A program made the translations under genes and the position numbers. The notes under the pieces were generated by a model. It saw only the letters and a list, made by a program, of their open reading frames with translations. It had not been told where the DNA came from and searched no databases. Below are positions 57,855 through 64,000 of a DNA stretch of 64,000 nucleotides, one piece after another (the stretch's first letter is position 1; each line of letters starts with the position of its first letter). The DNA is from Candidatus Velthaea sp. (GTDB lineage Bacteria; Vulcanimicrobiota; Vulcanimicrobiia; Vulcanimicrobiales; Vulcanimicrobiaceae), in assembly GCA_965214935.1 (NCBI GenBank), contig CBDCCS010000004.1, positions 32,001 to 96,000 of the forward strand, in the 5' to 3' direction.

Positions 57855-58906
57855 GGCTGCCGTCCGTCGGCGTGATCGGCGCGGGTGAACGCGGGATGCG
57901 GCTGAGTGAAATTTGCGCGGCTTACGGCGCGCTCGGCGCCGTCTCCGACACGTCGCCCGAGCGGCTGCGCAAAGCGTGCCGGCGCTTTCCGGAGATCTCG
58001 GCGCTGCTCGAGCCGCACGCGATGTTCGAGATGGACGTCGATGCCATCGCGATTGCAACTCCGGCGCACACGCACGTTGGTTTCGCCCTCGAAGCCATTG
58101 CGTTCGGCAAGCATGTCTTCGTCGATAAACCGCTTGCGTTAAGCGAAGAAGGCGCGTCGGCGGTTGCGATCAAGGCCGAACGCGCGGGACGCAGTGTCTT
58201 CGTGGGACACGAACTGCTCTATCATCCGGCGATCATCGCGCAACGCGAATTTATCGAAAGCGGAGCGCTCGGCGACATCGTGCATATCCGTGCCCGGCGC
58301 CTGGCACCCGGCGCGATTCGGACCGATGAGGATGTCTGGTGGCGGCTGGCGCCCGACGACATGGCGTATATCGTGAATGTATTCGGCGAACCAACTTCGG
58401 TTGCCGCAAGTCTGCAATCACGCGCGTCGGGGGAGTTAGCCGATATCGTTTACGCCGATATTCAATTCGGCGATAAACGGTCGGCTCACATCGAAGTGAC
58501 GTGGCTCGACCCGCATGATGGTTCGCGCATCGACATCTTCGGTACGCGCGGTGTCGCGTCCGTCGAAACGGCCGGCCGAACACCGCAGCTTTCCGTCCAT
58601 CTCTATCGCCGCTGCGAGCCGGAGCGCGATGGCCTGTCCGTCGCCTTCGAGCCGCCGGCGATTCGCAGTTTTGCCGATAGCGATCCGCTCGAGAATGCCG
58701 TTTTGGCATTTCTGGCATCGTTCGCCGGCAAGACCGCGCCGCTCAATAACGTCATGCACGGCGTCGCAACATCGCGCGCGCTTGCAGCCGTTACGCGCGC
58801 GGGAGCGTATCAGACCGGCGAATTCGTGGTGCCCGGTTCGCGTCAATATGTTTTTGCTGCCAAAACCCGCAGCGGAATTGCCGCCGGACCGCAAATCCAC
58901 ATTTGA
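57851..58906 (+). CDS. Gfo/Idh/MocA oxidoreductase, divergent WbpB-like paralog
   Basis: IGAGERG, FVDKPLA, VGHELLYHP, WWRLAPDD; ATG overlaps the upstream TGA. Confidence 0.8.
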   Translation: MRLPSVGVIGAGERGMRLSEICAAYGALGAVSDTSPERLRKACRRFPEISALLEPHAMFEMDVDAIAIATPAHTHVGFALEAIAFGKHVFVDKPLALSEEGASAVAIKAERAGRSVFVGHELLYHPAIIAQREFIESGALGDIVHIRARRLAPGAIRTDEDVWWRLAPDDMAYIVNVFGEPTSVAASLQSRASGELADIVYADIQFGDKRSAHIEVTWLDPHDGSRIDIFGTRGVASVETAGRTPQLSVHLYRRCEPERDGLSVAFEPPAIRSFADSDPLENAVLAFLASFAGKTAPLNNVMHGVATSRALAAVTRAGAYQTGEFVVPGSRQYVFAAKTRSGIAAGPQIHI

Positions 58907-58910
58907 CCGT

Positions 58911-61139
58911 TTAGGTCAAGGCGATCTCGGACCGGGCTTCGGGCAGCTGATGCGTCAGCGGCGGCAACGCGTTCGGCTTTACGCGATTGAGGACGACGCC
59001 TAAGCAGTTTTTGACGCCGAAACGGGCAAAGAGTGCCAGCGCTTTGGACGCTGCCGGCATATCGGTCTGATTGCTCGATATCACCAGCACCGTGCCGTCG
59101 GTTTGTTCGGCAACGACGACACCGTCGACGAACGCATCTGTCGCCGGAGCATCGACGATCACGCAGGTGTAGCGGCGCGCCGCTTCAGACAAGAAGTCGT
59201 TCATCCGGCCCGAGCGCAGCAACTTGACCGGATTTGGAGCGCGCGTTCCACTCGCAATAAAATGGACGCCCGCGTGTTTGGTTTCTTGAACGATATCATC
59301 GAAGGACAGCCGCCCGACGAGCAGATCGGAGAGACCCGGACCGTTGCGTACGTTGAGCAACGTGTGCAGCGTCGGCGAACGCATGTTGCCGTCGACGATC
59401 AACACCGTCGGTTCGAGCTCTCCCATGGCAATCGCGGCACGTAAGGCGATCGTCGACTTGCCGTCACCGGCGCCCGGACTGATAAACGTGATCGTCTTGA
59501 GCGGACCGTCCGAGGAATATCGCAGCGACGTCGCCAGCTGCAAGAACGCCTCGATGGTGATATGTTTCAAACGCGCGTACCCGTCGCCTTTGGCTTCCGA
59601 TTTCCCGATGATCGGGATCGCGCCTAAGGTCGGCAATTGTAAGCGGTCGGCGACATCGTTTTCGTTTTTGACCGTGTTGTCGAAAAAATTGGTCAGAAAC
59701 GCGGCGCCTAATCCGACAATAAGCGAGATTATCGAGCCGATCGCGAGATTTAAGCGGAGATTCGGCGTCACGACGGCGCGCGTGGGATCGGCCGGCTGAG
59801 TGACTTGCACGTCGCTCGGCGCCGTCGTTCGTACGACCGCCGCTTCTTCATACTTCTGCTGCAGCGCATTATAGACGTCCTGAGCGGCTTTCGCCTCGTG
59901 CTGCAGATCCTCGAGCCGGGCGGTTTCGGCCGGCAGGCGCCGCACGCGTGGTTCGAGCGCTGCGCGCTGGCGCTGCAACTCGATGAGCTCGGCTTCGCTC
60001 GATGCAATCTGCGCCGACAGGGTAACGATCTGCGAGCGCAGTTGCTGATAGATTGGATTCGGCACGACGTTCTGCGTTGCAACGACGCGCGCCGGCAGCT
60101 TTGCGATCTCGGCCTCAAGTTGCGCGCGTTGCGCTTTGAGTGCTTTTACGCCGCCGTAATTATCGGTAAATTGATGACGGGCGGCGGCGAGTTGTACGTT
60201 GACCGCCTCAAGTTGAGACAGCAGTCCCGTAACGAGCGGATTTTGGCTAGTCGTCTCTCCGCCGCGATCCGAGGGCGTGTAGGCGGCTAATTGCAGCCGA
60301 TCGTCCGCGAGTTGAGCGCGCGCATGTTTTGCATCGACGTTTGCCTGCGCGATTTTCTCTTCATTACTAGCCATTTGACCGACGACGCCCTGCGTTTGAG
60401 AATTGATGTCGACGATACCGTGCGCGGCCGAAAAGCTTGCGAGGATCGTATTGGCCTTATGCATGCGTGCGCGCGACTCCGGCAATTCTTTACCGAGAAA
60501 GTCAAGCGTCGACGCGGCTTGCGATGATATCAGCTCGCGCTCGCGGGCGACGAATACTTTCATGAATTCATTGGCGATCGCCGCCGACGTGACCGCATTA
60601 TTCCAGTCGACCGTAACGGTGATGATCGATGTATTCGTCAGCGGTTTGACCGCGAGATGAGCCAGCAGCGCATCCGCGCCGATCGACAGTTTAAGATCGT
60701 CGCGAACGCGTTGTGCGATCGGTGTTTGTTCGAGCAGATCGGCGTATGTTTCGGGCGACTGCCCGTTTGCAGCGATGAGCGCGTTGAGCACCGGGGTACT
60801 GTTGTTCGCGCTACTTGCACCGCCGCCCGTCGCCTGTCCGGTCAAGAGTTTGGCTTGCGTCGAATAACGTTTGGGCGTCGTGAGCGTAATCGCGACCGTG
60901 GCGATCATGAACACGGCAAAAGTGATGAGGACGATCCAGCGCCGCGCCGCAATCGTCCCGAAAAACGCCTTGACTTCGCTGGCGTCGCGATATTCGCGCG
61001 TCTTGAGGACGCCGCCATTCAAAGAATACATCTGCGCGATCGCATCCGTCACAATACCGGTCGGACCGGCGTCGGGACGAGAGCGAAAATTCTCCTCAGC
61101 TGCGGGCACGAGCGAAGCTCGCTCGTACAAATGATACAT
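58911..61139 (-). CDS. Polysaccharide co-polymerase/BY-kinase (Wzc/GumC family)
   Basis: Two TM segments flanking a long coiled coil; SPGAGDGKST, IVDGNMRSP, GLSDLL, IVDAP. Confidence 0.9.
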   Translation of the reverse strand: MYHLYERASLVPAAEENFRSRPDAGPTGIVTDAIAQMYSLNGGVLKTREYRDASEVKAFFGTIAARRWIVLITFAVFMIATVAITLTTPKRYSTQAKLLTGQATGGGASSANNSTPVLNALIAANGQSPETYADLLEQTPIAQRVRDDLKLSIGADALLAHLAVKPLTNTSIITVTVDWNNAVTSAAIANEFMKVFVARERELISSQAASTLDFLGKELPESRARMHKANTILASFSAAHGIVDINSQTQGVVGQMASNEEKIAQANVDAKHARAQLADDRLQLAAYTPSDRGGETTSQNPLVTGLLSQLEAVNVQLAAARHQFTDNYGGVKALKAQRAQLEAEIAKLPARVVATQNVVPNPIYQQLRSQIVTLSAQIASSEAELIELQRQRAALEPRVRRLPAETARLEDLQHEAKAAQDVYNALQQKYEEAAVVRTTAPSDVQVTQPADPTRAVVTPNLRLNLAIGSIISLIVGLGAAFLTNFFDNTVKNENDVADRLQLPTLGAIPIIGKSEAKGDGYARLKHITIEAFLQLATSLRYSSDGPLKTITFISPGAGDGKSTIALRAAIAMGELEPTVLIVDGNMRSPTLHTLLNVRNGPGLSDLLVGRLSFDDIVQETKHAGVHFIASGTRAPNPVKLLRSGRMNDFLSEAARRYTCVIVDAPATDAFVDGVVVAEQTDGTVLVISSNQTDMPAASKALALFARFGVKNCLGVVLNRVKPNALPPLTHQLPEARSEIALT

Positions 61140-61267
61140 CCGTGCGCGGGCCGCTCGGTACGTGCTCGCGCCCCAGTTCGCGGTGCACGGGTCCTAACGC
61201 GCGTTGCAACTTTCGGCCCTACGCGTCGAGCGCAAAGTTCGGCACGCTAGATAGCAAGGAGTTGAAC

Positions 61268-62332
61268 GTGAACTTCGGTGCTCGATCTCGTTCGCGACGA
61301 ACCGGCGTCGACGGCGGCTGCGCGATCGGCGATCAGGCAGGCGTGTCGGACACGCTGCCGTTTGATGCGCGACGCGCGCTCGTCGTTGCCGACGGCATTG
61401 CACTTACGTTCGCTGCAGCCGTCGCAATGCGAACGGGGCCGCGCGCGAGCCGGCCGGCCATCGCCCTTGCAACATTGCTGACCCCTATTTCGCTCGCCGC
61501 TTGTGCGCTGTATACGCGCAGCTTTGCACGGGCGCCGCAAGACGAATGGTATGCCATGGCCGTACCCGGTCTCATCGCGCTCGCGGGCTTCTCGTCGCTA
61601 TGCGCAATACCCGGCGCCGCGCTCGACCGCCGGGCAGGACTGACCGCGCTCGGACGCGGTTTTGCCGGCTGCGCTCTGCTGCGCGCCGTACTGCACGGTC
61701 GAATTGCGAAGCTCAAAGGCCGCGTCGGTAACGGCCCGGCTGCGGCCCCGCGGCGCCCGCGGCGCGAGGCCGTTAAGCGGACGATGGACGTCGTGCTCAC
61801 GGTGGCCGTCGCGCCGATAGCGGCGTTTGTCGGCCTCGCCGTCGCGCTGGCGATCGTGCTCGACGACGGCGGACCCGTCTTCTTCGTTCAAGAACGCGTC
61901 GGCCGCAACAACCGGCCATTCCGGCTCTTCAAGTTTCGCACGATGCGCGCGGCAGCCGGTGACGCTTGGGCAGTCGCGGACGACCCGCGCATTACGCGCA
62001 TCGGCCGCTTCGTACGTGCGACGAGTCTCGATGAAGTGCCGCAACTCATGAACGTGCTGCGCGGCGAGATGTCGCTCGTAGGCCCGCGCCCGGAGATGGT
62101 TGCCTACGCGCAAACATTTGCGCGACGCCATGGGCGGTACGCCGAACGCATGCGCGTTAAGCCCGGCATCACCGGTTGGGCGCAAGTTACGCTGCCGCGC
62201 GTCCTTACCGACGACGACATGGGCGACGTGCTGGCCGCCGATCTGTTCTACGTCGCAAACGGCTCGCTCGTGTTCGACGCTGCAATTATCGTAAAAACCG
62301 CAATCGAAGTCTTATTTCACCGTGTCGCTTAG
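61268..62332 (+). CDS. Priming polyprenyl glycosylphosphotransferase (bacterial sugar transferase)
   Basis: KRTMDV, FKFRTM, DDPRITRIGRFVRATSLDEVPQ, SLVGPRPE, KPGITGWAQV; GTG after aaggag. Confidence 0.92.
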   Translation: MNFGARSRSRRTGVDGGCAIGDQAGVSDTLPFDARRALVVADGIALTFAAAVAMRTGPRASRPAIALATLLTPISLAACALYTRSFARAPQDEWYAMAVPGLIALAGFSSLCAIPGAALDRRAGLTALGRGFAGCALLRAVLHGRIAKLKGRVGNGPAAAPRRPRREAVKRTMDVVLTVAVAPIAAFVGLAVALAIVLDDGGPVFFVQERVGRNNRPFRLFKFRTMRAAAGDAWAVADDPRITRIGRFVRATSLDEVPQLMNVLRGEMSLVGPRPEMVAYAQTFARRHGRYAERMRVKPGITGWAQVTLPRVLTDDDMGDVLAADLFYVANGSLVFDAAIIVKTAIEVLFHRVA

Positions 62333-63659
62333 CGCGCAGGTCGCGCCGGCGCCGATGCGCTTGGTGCGCGACGGCCTCATCACCCTGCTCTGCCGCGTGC
62401 TCAGCATGGTCGGCGCTTTGGGTCTGAGCGTCGTCACCGCGCGCTGCCTTGGACCGCAGGGACGCGGCGTCTTTGCTTTGCCGACCATCAACGCCGCGAT
62501 TGCGACGGCGATGTTCGTCGGTCTTTCAACGGCTATGTCGTACCTGCTTTTGCAGCAGGCGGGACGCGGGGCGATCCGCGCGGTCTTGCTCGCGGCGATC
62601 CCATTCGTTGCCGTCGGATCGGTCATGGTCGTCGCATTGGGGCTCGTCGGGAACCACGGCTGGGCGACGGTGTTCGCCGTCGCATCGCTTCCGTTTGCGG
62701 CAATGACGTCGATCGCGCAAGGCGTCTGCTACGGTACGCATCGCGTGCGTTTGGCCAACTATATCGGCTTGAGCCTGACGCTGGTCTCGCTGCTCGGAAC
62801 CATCGCCGGCTTCGTCTTGATCGAGCGCACTCCGCGCATAGCGATTGCAGCATGGCTCCTGTCACAGGTTCTCGTTGCCGTTGCCGGGATCGCCATCATC
62901 ACGCGAATCGGTCGCGAATTAGCGCCCTCGGCGTCGCCCGCCCGCAACGCGTTGCACTTCGCAACGAAGATCGGCGCAGTCAATCTCGTAACGTTGCTCA
63001 ATTACCGGGCCGACGTTTATATCGTCGCGCTCTTTACGCCGCCCAGCGTCTTAGGCATGTATACATTGGCGGTCGCGGGTGCCGAAGCAACGCAGCTTGC
63101 AACGCAAGCCATCGCAACGTCGACCGCGCCGCACATCGGCAGCCTGCCGCCGGATCGTTCCCGCGCGCTGACCGCTCGTGCTGCGCGCAACACCGTTGCC
63201 ATTGCCGCGCTCGCCTGCATCGCGATCGCGTCCGTGGCACCGCGTATGGTTCCGGCGCTGTTCGGTTCGGCCTTTCAACCAGTCGTCGGCGTGCTGCGGA
63301 TCCTGCTGGTCGGAATCGTCGCCCTGTCCGTCAGCGGAATACTGTCGAACTACTTTACGCTCGCACTTGGCAAGCCGGAGCGATCCCTGGCCATTGCCGG
63401 AGCGGGCGCTCTTACCAGCGTCGTTCTCGGTCTCATTCTCGTCCCGCGCACCGGCATCACCGGCGCGGCAATCTCCGTCGCCGCATCGTACATCTGCTCG
63501 GCAACGCTATACGTGCTGCTGTTCGCACGCGCCGCCGAGATGCCGCTGCGCGACATCCTCGTTCTCGATACGACCGATCTGTACGCATATGCAAATCTCA
63601 CGCTGCGGACGTTCGCCAAACTTCGGCGGATCGTCGCCCTTTCGGAAAGACCGACATGA
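62322..63659 (+). CDS. Wzx-type oligosaccharide flippase
   Basis: About 12 TM segments; ARCLGPQGRG, LLNYRADVYIV...LGMYTLAV, LVPRTGITGAA. Confidence 0.88.
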   Translation: MSLSAQVAPAPMRLVRDGLITLLCRVLSMVGALGLSVVTARCLGPQGRGVFALPTINAAIATAMFVGLSTAMSYLLLQQAGRGAIRAVLLAAIPFVAVGSVMVVALGLVGNHGWATVFAVASLPFAAMTSIAQGVCYGTHRVRLANYIGLSLTLVSLLGTIAGFVLIERTPRIAIAAWLLSQVLVAVAGIAIITRIGRELAPSASPARNALHFATKIGAVNLVTLLNYRADVYIVALFTPPSVLGMYTLAVAGAEATQLATQAIATSTAPHIGSLPPDRSRALTARAARNTVAIAALACIAIASVAPRMVPALFGSAFQPVVGVLRILLVGIVALSVSGILSNYFTLALGKPERSLAIAGAGALTSVVLGLILVPRTGITGAAISVAASYICSATLYVLLFARAAEMPLRDILVLDTTDLYAYANLTLRTFAKLRRIVALSERPT

Positions 63660-64000
63660 AACTCGGAGTGCTTCCTGCTCTGGCGGTGACGATCGCGCTC
63701 GCACTTTCCAACACGGCGAACGCGCGAATCAGCCCGTTCGCTCCGCATCACGTCATCGATTGGGCGTATTACGGCTTTGCCGGCGAGGGTACGGCGGTCG
63801 ATCCGCAGTGGATGGCCGCGCATGCGACCTACGTTGAAGCGCCAGCGCCGTTTGCCCGGCGCTTCAAAGCAGCGGGCGGCAATTTCGCCGTTGCCTACAC
63901 CGATCCGTTTCGCGTGATTCCCGCGCATCACGAACCGTTGAGCGATCTACCGGAGTCCGCCTGGTTTCACGATGCATCCGGCCGGCGCATCTCGTATCGA
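63656..64000 (+). CDS. Secreted protein, paralog of 41795..43636 (3' partial; absent from the ORF track)
   Basis: ATG overlaps the wzx TGA; MKLGVLPALAVTIALALSNTANA signal peptide, then HVIDWAYYG...AYTDPFRVIPAHHEPLSDLPESAWFHDASGRRI. Confidence 0.85.
   Translation, partial: MKLGVLPALAVTIALALSNTANARISPFAPHHVIDWAYYGFAGEGTAVDPQWMAAHATYVEAPAPFARRFKAAGGNFAVAYTDPFRVIPAHHEPLSDLPESAWFHDASGRRISYR

Noticed and set aside
40280..64000. Polysaccharide locus as a mobile genomic island at tRNA-Leu
   Set aside because: No integrase, transposase or att duplication seen, and composition resembles the flanks; the far end lies outside the window

Overview
A GC-rich bacterial chromosomal segment of roughly 60% GC by eye. 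Gene style and content suggest Eremiobacterota/Vulcanimicrobiota, but this is inference only. The left part holds a housekeeping operon on the minus strand (yceD-rpmF-fabH-fabD-fabG-acpP-ffh-rpsP-khpA-rimM) and a divergent three-gene cluster of small, secretion-substrate-like proteins, two of which share a helical C-terminus. It continues with tRNA-Ile(GAT), tRNA-Ala(TGC), prolyl oligopeptidase, a GH15 hydrolase, a glucose dehydrogenase, a beta-propeller phosphoesterase, L-fuconate dehydratase and tRNA-Ala(GGC). The middle holds a frameshifted secreted protein with a C-terminal HExxH domain, a DUF2291-type sugar/polyol ABC transporter, RNase P RNA, rapZ-yvcK, mtnK, cystathionine beta-synthase and gamma-lyase, an esterase, a GH35-like hydrolase and tRNA-Leu(CAA). 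From about 40.3 kb to the window end is a large Wzx/Wzy polysaccharide locus with a complete WbpA/B/D/E/I-like diacetamido-uronic acid pathway. Top leads: (1) the needle/rod- or pilin-like paralog pair at 7.4-8.6 kb; (2) two genes that appear to start at ATT; (3) the frameshifted polymorphic-toxin-like gene; (4) the DUF2203 gene and rapZ with start codons 1 bp apart; (5) atypical EPS regulators and a paralogous pair of uncharacterised secreted glycosidase-like proteins. No CRISPR array, integrase or transposase was seen.
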